Below are positions 1 to 9,308 of a stretch of 40,008 nt of DNA, piece after piece. Below the pieces are notes generated by a model. It was not told where the DNA came from and did no database searches. It worked only from the letters and a program-made list of their open reading frames with translations. Location: contig JBBSLN010000001.1 in assembly GCA_038255205.1 (NCBI GenBank), positions 1-40,008 on the forward strand. The letters are read 5' to 3'. How positions within the stretch are numbered: position 1 is the first letter of the stretch; every line of letters starts with the position of its first letter. A program made the translations under genes and the position numbers. The stretch comes from Flavobacteriales bacterium. Lineage in GTDB: Bacteria; Bacteroidota; Bacteroidia; Flavobacteriales; Flavobacteriaceae.

Positions 1-117
1 AGTGCAATACCAAATGTCGATCGTATCTTTACGGCAGGCAGGCGCGCTGGTAGAAATTGTCTTTTATTAAACAGGTATTGTAAATAGTAAACGTTCATTA
101 ATTATTGTTTTTAAATT

Positions 118-201
118 GCCCGGATGGCGGAATTGGTAGACGCGCTGGTCTCAAACACCTGTGCCTTAACTGGCATGCCGGTTCGACTCCGGCTCCGGGT
201 A
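118..201 (+). tRNA. trnL: tRNA-Leu(CAA)
   Basis: Acceptor stem GCCCGGA/TCCGGGT plus discriminator A; D-arm GGCGGAATTGGTAGACGC; anticodon loop CTCAAAC (CAA at 152-154, one U-U mismatch in the stem); long variable arm; T-arm GCCGG-TTCGACT-CCGGC. Confidence 0.96.
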
Positions 202-210
202 CTTGTTCGG

Positions 211-233
211 AACCCCTGTATTTACGGGGGTTT
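211..233 (+). terminator. Hairpin after tRNA (terminator or att-associated stem)
   Basis: AACCCC-tgtatttacg-GGGGTT followed by a short T run, between the tRNA and the convergent integrase. Confidence 0.45.
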
Positions 234-289
234 TGCCATTTATGAACTCTTCCTTTATCGACCTTAAAGATGGCACCCCACACTGTAAG

Positions 290-311
290 GTGCAGGAATA
301 AGTGCAGAAAT
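290..311 (+). repeat. Tandem 10-bp direct repeat, candidate integrase arm-type sites
   Basis: GTGCAGGAAT (290-299) and GTGCAGAAAT (302-311) between the tRNA and the integrase stop. Confidence 0.4.
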
Positions 312-317
312 CTCCGG

Positions 318-1739
318 TTACTTGTCCAATTCATGACCTAATTTCTTTTCCTCATGTGATTTTGAAGTGCGGACATTGTTCAGATCAGCCTGCCGTATTT
401 CCTCATTAAACGTTCCGAATCCTAATGCCTTTTCGGCAAGCTTTTCCTTGTTCAAATAATGCTTGTCCAGCACGGCCTGATTGCTATGGGTTAGGTCGGT
501 TGCTTCATTTCCCAGGTATTTATTCATATGAGTTAAATAGGTTTTTCGCAAAGCCTTGAATGTTTTACCTCCCTCAGGATGGCTTATATTATAAAAATGA
601 CTGAATCCACGACTTATAGCACTTCTCATAGTATTGACCCTATTTTCTGTAATTTCCGGTGCAATTATAAAAGCATCTGAATTTTTTAAATGCTCATAAT
701 TTGCTTCTGACAACAATCGCTCTATATCCTCCGTCACTGGAATGATAACTTCCACTTTCTCAGACTCTGCCTCCCGTCCTTGAATTCTATTCACCTTCAA
801 ATTGGGTATTCGAATGATAGCGTGCCCTTCTTTTTCCTTTATATGGCTATGTTTGAGATTAATAAGTTCTTCTGTGCGCATTCCTCCATGAATTCCCCAT
901 TTAAAAACGGAAACAAGGTACGGGCGGTAAAAATTACGGCGCTGTTTTACACCACTTTCATAAGTTTGCCAGCCATTTTCTGGTTTTACATCTCCTATAA
1001 GGGTTTCGAACTCTTTGAAAGATACTATTGGCTGATTATATTTCTCAGGTAGTTTTTTCACTTTATTAAACCCATTACGGACAGGAACATTATATTGTTC
1101 GGGGAACCATTTGAAAAATGATTTGAAGTTGCCTATTATTTTGTTAACTGACCTGTTTGAATAGCCCTTATTTACTCTCAGGAACTTATAAATCTTTCCG
1201 ACGATCTCATCATCGAAATCATGAACTGATAATAACTTCGGATCAATTGAGTGAAAAGCAAGTGCAGATTTTAACATTTCGAATTGGTGCTTCACATCTT
1301 TAACATGGCTTTCACTCCGGTTACGTTTTAAATGTTCTGGCACTTCTTTATCCGCCAACCAGTCCGTGTATCTGTCAATTGAATCACTCAAATTATCAGG
1401 ATTATTCACAACTTCCTTTCTTTGGGCCGTAGGAGCAATTACAGGAATACTCTCCCTATTCGGAATCATCTCCCCTCTGACCAGTTTTTGGAATTCAACT
1501 GCCTGCCGAATAGCTTCGTTAATGTTTCGCGTCTCAAGTATCATTGTCCGTCGTTTATTTTTGGTTCCAGGCTGGTGAACATAAACCTTAAATTTATGTC
1601 GCTCTCCAAATGGACACTGTGATATGTCCTTATGCTTACCCGCTTCTTTGCAAATTTTATCAACATTGGTTTTACATTGATAACAATAGATATACAATGA
1701 TTTTACCCTTTTGTCTTTTGGAAATTGCAAGGGTTTCAT
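318..1739 (-). CDS. Tyrosine recombinase/integrase with N-terminal extension and SAM-like domain
   Basis: 473 aa; GMRTEEL (catalytic R), FKALRKTY (variant HxxR), THSNQAVLDKHY (H...Y); adjacent to the tRNA. Confidence 0.88.
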   Translation of the reverse strand: MKPLQFPKDKRVKSLYIYCYQCKTNVDKICKEAGKHKDISQCPFGERHKFKVYVHQPGTKNKRRTMILETRNINEAIRQAVEFQKLVRGEMIPNRESIPVIAPTAQRKEVVNNPDNLSDSIDRYTDWLADKEVPEHLKRNRSESHVKDVKHQFEMLKSALAFHSIDPKLLSVHDFDDEIVGKIYKFLRVNKGYSNRSVNKIIGNFKSFFKWFPEQYNVPVRNGFNKVKKLPEKYNQPIVSFKEFETLIGDVKPENGWQTYESGVKQRRNFYRPYLVSVFKWGIHGGMRTEELINLKHSHIKEKEGHAIIRIPNLKVNRIQGREAESEKVEVIIPVTEDIERLLSEANYEHLKNSDAFIIAPEITENRVNTMRSAISRGFSHFYNISHPEGGKTFKALRKTYLTHMNKYLGNEATDLTHSNQAVLDKHYLNKEKLAEKALGFGTFNEEIRQADLNNVRTSKSHEEKKLGHELDK

Positions 1740-1787
1740 GGTCGCACATTATAGCTCGCAAATTTTTAGAGGCAATATTGACAATAT

Positions 1788-2006
1788 TCATTCTATTGTT
1801 GTATTAATTTTATACTCATATGTTAAATGCTTTAGAATTTCCTTATTGACAGCGTATTCAAATTCAGCTTTCATTACATATAACCTATTGGAACCAGTAT
1901 CCTTCAACAGAGCCACTTTGTTTCGGATACACCAAGACCGAAATCCCCGATAACTTGTATAACCAAGTGCCCTTGCTGCCACTTTGAATGAAATTCGCTC
2001 GATCAT
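1788..2006 (-). CDS. Small HTH protein, excisionase-like
   Basis: 72 aa basic protein with ISFKVAARALGYTSYRGFRSWC, typical of MerR/Xis-like HTH; directly upstream of the integrase. Confidence 0.6.
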   Translation of the reverse strand: MIERISFKVAARALGYTSYRGFRSWCIRNKVALLKDTGSNRLYVMKAEFEYAVNKEILKHLTYEYKINTTIE

Positions 2007-2066
2007 GTTTTAGTTCAGGATGATTGACTATTCAGTTTAAGAGTTAAAACTATTCAAAAAATTATT

Positions 2067-2270
2067 TCATCTACTTGGAAAATAAAATCCAGATTCTTCC
2101 CTTCCTTCAGTTTGGACTGGCAAATCCAACATGATATTATACTTTCCTTCCGCGTTCAAATATGATTTCCACATGCGTAAGAAAGGCCTCTTTGGTGTTG
2201 TTTTCTTATTTTTGGTTTTATTTGCTTTTTTTCTCATGTCCATTTTTCTTTTAATGATGTGATTAATCAT
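2067..2270 (-). CDS. Small basic hypothetical protein
   Basis: 67-aa ORF co-oriented with the xis-like gene and integrase; no recognised motif. Confidence 0.35.
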   Translation of the reverse strand: MINHIIKRKMDMRKKANKTKNKKTTPKRPFLRMWKSYLNAEGKYNIMLDLPVQTEGREESGFYFPSR

Positions 2271-2652
2271 TGTTCTCTCGTTGTTATGGATTTCACAGGC
2301 CTATAAAGCCCAAATTACTCTTGTCCGTATAATTGTTGGCTTTCTTAATAGGCATAATTTACTTCCATATGGGTAACTTGTATAGCATTGAGCACCACAC
2401 TTACCGGCAAATTTATGATAACTTGAGGTGAAAAACAGTTTACCATAGTTTATTTCAAGTTGATAATAAAAAGCAACTTTTACCAAACTTTATTTCTTTA
2501 AATTTCTCTAAGTGACAACAAAATAAATTTCTCGTTTGTTCTGCGGATGGATTCATTTCATGTATTTGTCTATTCAGGGTAAGATCACCATGAACGTGCT
2601 GGAAAAGTGTTGCCAACTGTTTATTCAAATGTGGATTATTTCACGTAGAATT

Positions 2653-3333
2653 TTACTTGTTCTCATTAGTAAATTCATACATAAGCATTTGGTCTACAAA
2701 ATCTACAACAGCAATTGAAGGTAACCTGCTCATTAATGTTTCAAGGGTTGAGGCTTTTAGAGCTTTTCCATCAATTATAAAATACCTTGCAATAAGAATA
2801 CATAACTTCAAATTTGATTTCTTTGGTATTATTATTTTTTGCATCTCAAATATTAGATGAACAAGTTCAGTGGAAAACCCATTGTATGGAATAATGTTAC
2901 TATTATGTCCATTGTCATAGAATAATGATTGAAAATTTTCAAGTGTGCAATCAGGAAAGCGCTCTTCAATAACCATTTTGTTAAATAAAGTTTTTAAACG
3001 CTCTTTATTGATACATCCGAATTTTGGTGAAAACAACGATACCTGAGGTTTCCGTTTTCTCACATCCATCAATTGATTTGTTATTTTGTTTTTAACTGGT
3101 CTTTTAACTGGCAATACCATTTTTAATTTTTTCTGTGCAGCATTAATTTGATTTAATGCCCAGACCGCATCAGGTGTATTATGGCAATGCGCCTTAACCA
3201 TTTTTTTTACTTTTTCCAGCCGTAACTGTGCATCAGTATATTTCCATTTTTGCCCCGACAATTCATCCAACTGATTATCAATATGTTCAAGTTCCCGAAC
3301 AATAGTAATTAAGAAAGTATCTGTAGTTTCCAT
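2653..3333 (-). CDS. Hypothetical protein, C-terminus loosely RteC-like
   Basis: 226-aa ORF; C-terminal STELVHLIFEM...LCILIARYF segment recalls Bacteroidota RteC-type domains (weak). Confidence 0.55.
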   Translation of the reverse strand: METTDTFLITIVRELEHIDNQLDELSGQKWKYTDAQLRLEKVKKMVKAHCHNTPDAVWALNQINAAQKKLKMVLPVKRPVKNKITNQLMDVRKRKPQVSLFSPKFGCINKERLKTLFNKMVIEERFPDCTLENFQSLFYDNGHNSNIIPYNGFSTELVHLIFEMQKIIIPKKSNLKLCILIARYFIIDGKALKASTLETLMSRLPSIAVVDFVDQMLMYEFTNENK

Positions 3334-3640
3334 GCTATAAGGGAATTAAGTTTCAGTACTTTGATCCTTAAGATAGCCCTGATTATCATTAGCGCAAAAA
3401 ATTGCAAGCTATTGCATTTTAATCGTATACATGCTAAAAACAGTTGCATGGGCTTCTTATTAGGGTGGCCTTAAGCTCCTCCGCATTGGTCTTTGGAACC
3501 AGGGGGAGCTTTTTATTGTTTAAAGCAAGTATAACTCAGAAATTTCAATATCCGTTGCACCATAATTAATTAGAGACGATTTAAATAGAGAATTTGAAAT
3601 TATTTGAAATTAACCGAAATTTTTCGAAATTTACAATAAT

Positions 3641-4435
3641 ATGTCCTCGTCAGATATTTTACAACAAAAAAGGAAGTTAAGTCAGTATATTCAGCAAGGC
3701 TGCAATTTACTATACCCCTATTATAATTATCGCAGGATTGTTGAACTAGCGAATAGATCTGTGGAATTTTTGAAGTCAAATTTAACAGAAGCCACATTGA
3801 CTAAGTGCTTAGGAATAACCCATGATAAATACGTTAATGAAACATCCCTTCAGCTACTAAATAAAGTACATAAAGTAATTTCTGAGATAGTTTTGGAAAA
3901 ATTAAATTTTGTATGGAAATTACAAATTGAACAATACATTATCAATGACAAACAGCCATTTCAAAGCGAAAGGCTAAAGGTTTTCAATGCAGATTGGATA
4001 GGGATTTCATTTAATGCCGCAGTGTCATTACGGCGGGGTAAAAGTTGTTGGAATCTGTTTTCATTAAATATTGAGAGCCCTTTTAAAATGTCTTGTTACC
4101 ATGGAAACATAGATTTTCTTGAAGGAAAAATTTCAATTGCATATAATGATAAAGTTACCATTGAATTACTGTCCGATACAAAAAAAATACTAATTGTAGG
4201 GTCATTGGCTCATGTTCGAAGGCAACACAATTCTGTATTTTGGGATGCATTATGCATAGAAATTGGCAATGATGGACTTAAGACTGGAATTACTATGTTA
4301 AAACGGATAGAGATTGAGGAACATTATATGCCCCGTGGAATCTATTCAATAGAACAAATACCAAAGAATGCATTTGATTTGTCTGTTTTGGAATCTTTAG
4401 TGCATTTCAAATTATATGGCATTGAATTTTTTTGA
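3641..4435 (+). CDS. Hypothetical protein
   Basis: 264-aa ATG-started ORF in AT-rich DNA, divergent from 2653-3333; no recognised motif. Confidence 0.6.
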   Translation: MSSSDILQQKRKLSQYIQQGCNLLYPYYNYRRIVELANRSVEFLKSNLTEATLTKCLGITHDKYVNETSLQLLNKVHKVISEIVLEKLNFVWKLQIEQYIINDKQPFQSERLKVFNADWIGISFNAAVSLRRGKSCWNLFSLNIESPFKMSCYHGNIDFLEGKISIAYNDKVTIELLSDTKKILIVGSLAHVRRQHNSVFWDALCIEIGNDGLKTGITMLKRIEIEEHYMPRGIYSIEQIPKNAFDLSVLESLVHFKLYGIEFF

Positions 4436-4784
4436 TATGAAATATCAAAAAAATAACGCGTTTTTTTACAGTTAGCGTACAGTTGATTTATATATAAACA
4501 TAAAATCCATTCTTTCTGATATTTTGGTTTATTCGCGTATCATGGAACTGATTTACATATTGAAGACTTTAAGGCAACTACCTGTGGAAGTGAAGCAAAT
4601 AGCAAATTGTAGAAAATAATAATGTTTGGCATCCACGATGCACCCATGAATAATTCCTGATTAGTTCAAATTATTTCTTTTGAACCTGGTAATTACTCTG
4701 GCCTTATATTTAATTTTATATTTCCTGATCTTTTGTCTCAAACAAAAACCTGACTTTTCAATCAGGTTTTCTGGGATTCTGTTT

Positions 4785-5678
4785 TCAACCTTTACTATTG
4801 TCAGTAACCATACGATGGTTTTCAAAATCAAGAATATAATCCACCGCCTTCTGTGCCTGACTACCGGCATAAACAACCAATCTCGGATTTTTCTTTAAAA
4901 CGGCATACCAGTTCTGGATATAGGCTGCGCTGTTTTCTCCTAATTTCTCCTGTATTCCTGCAATAGACTGGATGTAACATGACCCAAACTCAGCTGTTAG
5001 TTCTTCAATAGCATACTGCTCAGAGCCGAATCGGTGTTTTTCCATTATTTCTTTTCGGTTTAAACGCGATTTGTGGCCGGTCGAATGTACCAATTCATGG
5101 AACAGGGTTTCATAATAAGCTACACTGGAGTCGAAGTACTCGATCGCAGGCATGTTGATGTAATCACCTTCCGGGTGATAATACGGGTCGTTGTTCCGGA
5201 AGACAATTAAGGGTAGGTTGGGCATGGATTCCACAATGAACTTGCAATCTTCAATGGGGTGATTCGGCTTCAATATTCTTGGAATAATTTCTTTCTTGAT
5301 ACCATTACATTGGGCCACGTTGTACACCTTGAAATACCTGAGAAACGGTTTTTTAAATTTCTCCTCTCCATTTTGGTCACCTGTTTCAATCCATTTGAAA
5401 TAGACTACGAGGTACGGTTTTTCATCCTTTTTGACTGTTCCACCAACTTCCTTCAACTGTTGATAAGTCAGAAAGAAATTCTGAACATAACCTAGTGATG
5501 CTAACAACCACACATTAAGACCTCGATAAGGCTTACGAGTGATAAGATTTTGAGGTAGACCAGCATCTGTCCAGGTTCTTCTCCATGGGATAATTCCCTT
5601 TTCTAATTGTTCCAGAATCCGATTAGTGACCAATTGGTAAACATCCTTAATCTTCTCACTTTTTGGTTTTGTTTCCAT
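4785..5678 (-). CDS. ardC: ArdC-family antirestriction/ssDNA-binding protein with zincin-like domain
   Basis: YQLVTNRILEQLEKGIIPWRRTW, PYRGLN, FLTYQQ, YYETLFHELVHSTGH, YAIEELTAEFGS, SAAYIQNW are ArdC signatures. Confidence 0.92.
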   Translation of the reverse strand: METKPKSEKIKDVYQLVTNRILEQLEKGIIPWRRTWTDAGLPQNLITRKPYRGLNVWLLASLGYVQNFFLTYQQLKEVGGTVKKDEKPYLVVYFKWIETGDQNGEEKFKKPFLRYFKVYNVAQCNGIKKEIIPRILKPNHPIEDCKFIVESMPNLPLIVFRNNDPYYHPEGDYINMPAIEYFDSSVAYYETLFHELVHSTGHKSRLNRKEIMEKHRFGSEQYAIEELTAEFGSCYIQSIAGIQEKLGENSAAYIQNWYAVLKKNPRLVVYAGSQAQKAVDYILDFENHRMVTDNSKG

Positions 5679-5763
5679 GATTTTTGATTTTTAATTGTTT
5701 AAAGAGCTTTATGAAAAGTCGAATCTGAAAATGGCAGGAATAAAAAAATGTAATCTATCTGCC

Positions 5764-6552
5764 TTAGATGGGATAATTGGCTGTCAAAACCTCAATTTTC
5801 CTTTTCTTTTTAACTTCGGGATGTGTGGAAATGGCAATCGGCATATTAATTTTTTTGGAATACCATTTAAAAAGTTTAGAATACCTAGAAAGGATCTTAC
5901 TTTGGTAGGAACTGAGGAGAAACTTCCCTTTCAGCCGGGATAACACCTCCAAAAGCTTAGTAAAATCCTCCTCCGTGTATTTTTTGTAATGCCCCTTATG
6001 GGAATTGAAATACGGCGGGTCGCAGTAAAAGAAAGCGGTTTTACTATCTCTGGATTTTATTACCTATATAGCATCACCACATTCAATTTGGGTGTTTTCA
6101 ATCCGCTTTAGAAGTACCTCTGTAAAGGCATTTCGCTTTGAGTTCAATTGATATGCTGACTTGTTTTTAGTCCGGTCATATCCCCAGGAACCATTCAGCT
6201 TCGAGGCAAAGCTTTGGTTAGCCAGAACCCAGATTGCCCAAGCTCTCTCAATAGCGTTAAAAAGCTCAGGGTGCGAATTAATGACTGTGGCCCGGTAATG
6301 CTCATTCCGGCTGTGTAAGGTCCTTGAAATCCTTTTTTGGAGCGATTTAAAGTCAGTTTTGAGAGTACGGTAGAAGTTGATGAGTTCTCCATTTGAATCA
6401 TTGAGCACTTCTAGAGGAGATGGACTTTTTGCAAAGTACACCGCACCACCTCCGAAGAATGGCTCGCAATAGAGGGAATGCTTAGGAATAAGCGAAAGGA
6501 TGGTTTTAGAAAGTTGTTGTTTCCCCCCGTAATAGGTAAGCGGAGGTTTCAC
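5764..6552 (-). pseudogene. Dam/D12-class DNA adenine methyltransferase interrupted by one in-frame TAG
   Basis: YYGGKQ and YCEPFFGGGAV in 6064-6552; reading past TAG (6064-6066) in the same frame gives VIKSRDSKTAFFYCDPPY...EVLTANY to the stop at 5764. Confidence 0.9.
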
Positions 6553-6887
6553 CGGTGAAATTCTGATGATAATAAGACCTCATACATTTCGCTCCAAAAG
6601 ATGAAAGGCATTTCAGTATCATAAAACGGTTGTAGGGTCTGGTAAGCGCCGGTAAGGTATTTTTCCCGGTATCGCTTTACATTCTGATACTGGGTTATGT
6701 ATTTCATACCCATACGAGGTTCTAAAGCTTTTTTTAAATACATCAAGGCATGGAAACCGCCTGCCGTGTCCATTTCCTTCTGGAAGTGATTCAACTGCTC
6801 TTTGGTGAAAGGAAAAATATCTGAGTTTCGGTTATTTGATTTTAAGACTCGGGGAATTGGCATTTGAAAAATGGTTAACTTTTCCAT
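6549..6887 (-). CDS. Hypothetical protein
   Basis: 112 aa; its stop overlaps the methylase start (GTGA), implying translational coupling. Confidence 0.65.
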   Translation of the reverse strand: MEKLTIFQMPIPRVLKSNNRNSDIFPFTKEQLNHFQKEMDTAGGFHALMYLKKALEPRMGMKYITQYQNVKRYREKYLTGAYQTLQPFYDTEMPFIFWSEMYEVLLSSEFHR

Positions 6888-6905
6888 AATAGAATTTTGT
6901 AAGAG

Positions 6906-7391
6906 TTAGTTTGGTAGGTTTTGTTTTGTTATAAGCATTTTCTGCGCAAGGTCTTGCACATTTTTGCTGATGTCCATTGCAATTTCTGCATTGGCTTGAG
7001 CAATTAAGGCGGGTTTTAAGACACTTATCCCCACTTTATCCACAGGAGAGATACTTAAAAGATTTAATTGATAATAGAGCCGTATTTTCCCCTTTCGTTC
7101 AGAGCTCCCATTTAGAATATTTCCACCGTCATCGGATATGCTGATCAATCCGCTATGAACAAGCCCGGCCAAGGCACTTGAAATCGCCCTGCGGGATGTG
7201 CCTGCTTTTCTTTCCAGTTGACTTGTTGAAATCCAATCTCTGTTTTTTCTTCCCTTCCCCGTTTGCTTGTCTACCCAGCCCAGAGTTTGCCGAATGATTA
7301 CAAGCAGTACTTTTAATTCACACCCCTTCAAGTCCCTTAAGAAAATATCAAACAAAACATTCGGAACCGGCGTGGTTTGAATCGGATTCAT
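6906..7391 (-). CDS. Phage replication protein O-like winged-helix protein
   Basis: TTPVPNVLFD, ELKVLLVIIRQTLGW and DWISTSQLERKAGTSRRAISSALAGLV match the Rep-O N-terminal pattern. Confidence 0.8.
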   Translation of the reverse strand: MNPIQTTPVPNVLFDIFLRDLKGCELKVLLVIIRQTLGWVDKQTGKGRKNRDWISTSQLERKAGTSRRAISSALAGLVHSGLISISDDGGNILNGSSERKGKIRLYYQLNLLSISPVDKVGISVLKPALIAQANAEIAMDISKNVQDLAQKMLITKQNLPN

Positions 7392-7393
7392 GG

Positions 7394-7594
7394 TTATGAT
7401 CTTTCGTTACCTTCCGCTACCTGTGGCCCTTCATCCCTGTCAAAAACGAAAAACTCCGTTTGTGGCTGTTGAAATAATTTGATATACCTTTTCCCGCTGT
7501 CCGCCTCCTTTAATATTCCCACCTTGTACCAGGTGCTCTTTCGTTCCCCTTCCTTTTCATAATCTTTCCTTGTGCAGATATTAAATAGTTTCAT
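7394..7594 (-). CDS. Small hypothetical protein, possibly ssDNA-binding
   Basis: 66 aa; RKDYEKEGERKSTWYKVG resembles small beta-rich ssDNA-binding proteins; 2 nt from the rep start. Confidence 0.65.
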   Translation of the reverse strand: MKLFNICTRKDYEKEGERKSTWYKVGILKEADSGKRYIKLFQQPQTEFFVFDRDEGPQVAEGNERS

Positions 7595-7967
7595 CTTGTA
7601 AAATTTAACGACTGTTAAAAGCGACCGCTATGTGACTAAAGCGCACACAGCGACCTATGGAGTCGGGCTGCAAAAACTGCCCAACTGTGACTAATCCCGA
7701 TTCGCATTTTTCGTTCCATTCTGACGTACGTCAGAAGGTCCCTTTCAGGTAATGCCAATACTTTCTAAAAGAATTTATGAATTCTCTACCTAACTCCACA
7801 GATCGCTATGCACCACGAATACGTGATTTTGTACAGAAAAATCGTCTAAAAACCTTTATTTTTCAACGGATTTGACTTCTTCTAAGATATATTGTGCGAC
7901 ATTCCATTTCTTTAAAAAGGTGTATCGCCTACTTAGTTGAAGTTCAATAAAGGAACCCGTTACTTAC

Positions 7968-7996
7968 ACTGTATCATATCCCATTAAATTGTGCAA
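7968..7996 (-). promoter_or_regulatory. Sigma70-type promoter for the ssb-like/rep/MTase operon
   Basis: Minus strand TTGCAC-N17-TACAGT with extended TGn. Confidence 0.45.
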
Positions 7997-8103
7997 GTGA
8001 ATAATGTGGAGACGGTCAGTAAAATTTAATCGGAACATATTTTTAATATTCCCTGCTGTAAATATTTAGTTGGATCCTAACAGCTTCTGTTCTACTTTTT
8101 AAG

Positions 8104-8132
8104 TTGCAAATTCTTTTATTGTGGATTATGCT
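8104..8132 (+). promoter_or_regulatory. Sigma70-type promoter, probably giving a leaderless NYN mRNA
   Basis: TTGCAA (8104-8109), N17, TATGCT (8127-8132); the ATG at 8140 lies at the expected +1. Confidence 0.5.
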
Positions 8133-8139
8133 TTTCACT

Positions 8140-8643
8140 ATGAATGCAGCTTTTATTGATGCTCAAAATGTACATAAAGGAATCGCCTCTTTAGGTTGGA
8201 AGCTTGATTGGAAAAAATTCCGAGTTTATCTTGCAGAAAAATACAAAGTAAACACGGCCTATATATTTTTGGGATTTTTACCTACCCAGCAAGATCTATA
8301 TGCACTACTACAAAAGGCAGGTTTTATTTTGATATTCAAACCTGTTATATTCGATAATCAGGGTAAAGCTAAAGGTAACTGTGATGCAGATCTTGTGTTG
8401 CATACAATTGTGGAGAAAGATAGATACGATAAAGCTATTATTGTAACCAGTGACGGAGACTTTTATTCGTTAATTCGATATCTTTATAATAATCAAAAAC
8501 TCGAAATGGTTTTAAGCCCCTACGTTAAAACTTGTTCAAAATTATTAAAAAAAGAAGCCAAGGAAAAAATTAACTATATGCAAAACCTAAAACAAAAAGT
8601 AGGAAAAAATGAAAAAGCACCGCAGTGGGACGAAACCCAATGA
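8140..8643 (+). CDS. NYN-domain (LabA/DUF88, PIN-like) ribonuclease
   Basis: AFIDAQN, KGNCDADLVL and IIVTSDGDFYSL supply the NYN acidic motifs; start moved from 8104 to ATG 8140. Confidence 0.9.
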   Translation: MNAAFIDAQNVHKGIASLGWKLDWKKFRVYLAEKYKVNTAYIFLGFLPTQQDLYALLQKAGFILIFKPVIFDNQGKAKGNCDADLVLHTIVEKDRYDKAIIVTSDGDFYSLIRYLYNNQKLEMVLSPYVKTCSKLLKKEAKEKINYMQNLKQKVGKNEKAPQWDETQ

Positions 8644-8663
8644 AGTGCTCTTTCTTGTGGATA
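8608..8663 (-). ncRNA. Candidate small RNA antisense to the NYN 3' end
   Basis: Minus-strand promoter TTGCAA (8691-8696), N16, TGc-TATACT (8669-8674), then stem GAAAGAGCAC...GTGCTTTTTC with inner TGGG/CCCA stem; the G-U pair works only on the minus strand. Confidence 0.5.
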
Positions 8664-8724
8664 ATTGAAGTATAGCATGTACTAAATATCTTGCAAGCCC
8701 CTTTTGGAGAAAATGTAAAACAGC

Positions 8725-8751
8725 GAAAGGCATCCTATATGGGTGCCTTTC
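8725..8751. terminator. Intrinsic terminator-like hairpin
   Basis: GAAAGGCATCC-tatat-GGGTGCCTTTC downstream of the NYN gene. Confidence 0.55.
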
Positions 8752-8906
8752 AGGTCTGATATGGTAAGTTGTATATCAAATTGAATATTCCGGTCAAGGA
8801 TTTCCACTATACTTCCCCTTCAGTCATAGGTTAATTTTGTTTGTTGAAAACTTTCTGAAAGCCTCGCTTCGGTGGTGTTTCAAAGATTTTATACTTTTGT
8901 ATTATT

Positions 8907-9308
8907 ATGGCTGAATCTAAAACCTTCACGCTATACATTCTGATTTGCGGTAAAGGAGAATATTATACTGGTATCACTTCCAATTTGGAAAAACGCTTGC
9001 GTGCTCATCAATTAGGTTATGAGGAATCCAATCACTTCAAGCCACAGTGGACAAAATTTAGGCAACCGGTACAGCTAGCCTTCAAATATGAAGGTATTGA
9101 AAATTTTGAGATTGCAAAAAAGATTGAACGTTATATTAAGACCTGGAGAAGAGCCTATAAGTACAATTTAATTCAACAGGAGCTTTTTGCAATGCAATTA
9201 ATAAAACAATGTCATCAAAAGCATTTGGAAGAATATAGGCTCAAGTCAGGTACTTCTTTGCACACTTCTCAAATTCAACATCCTTGTATTGTTCATACAC
9301 AAAAGTAG
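8907..9308 (+). CDS. GIY-YIG nuclease (short YhbQ/UPF0213-like)
   Basis: LYILIC...YYTGITSNLEKRLRAH...WTKFRQPVQL...AKKIERYIKTW; TACTTTTG (Bacteroidota -7 motif) at 8892-8899. Confidence 0.88.
   Translation: MAESKTFTLYILICGKGEYYTGITSNLEKRLRAHQLGYEESNHFKPQWTKFRQPVQLAFKYEGIENFEIAKKIERYIKTWRRAYKYNLIQQELFAMQLIKQCHQKHLEEYRLKSGTSLHTSQIQHPCIVHTQK

Noticed and set aside
1-87. Possible gene end or tRNA-like fragment (GCGCTGGT also occurs in the tRNA)
   Set aside because: Too short, with no cloverleaf and no recognisable protein motif.
98-334. 78-aa minus-strand ORF
   Set aside because: It is the antisense of the tRNA (VPGAGVEPA is a typical tRNA shadow translation).
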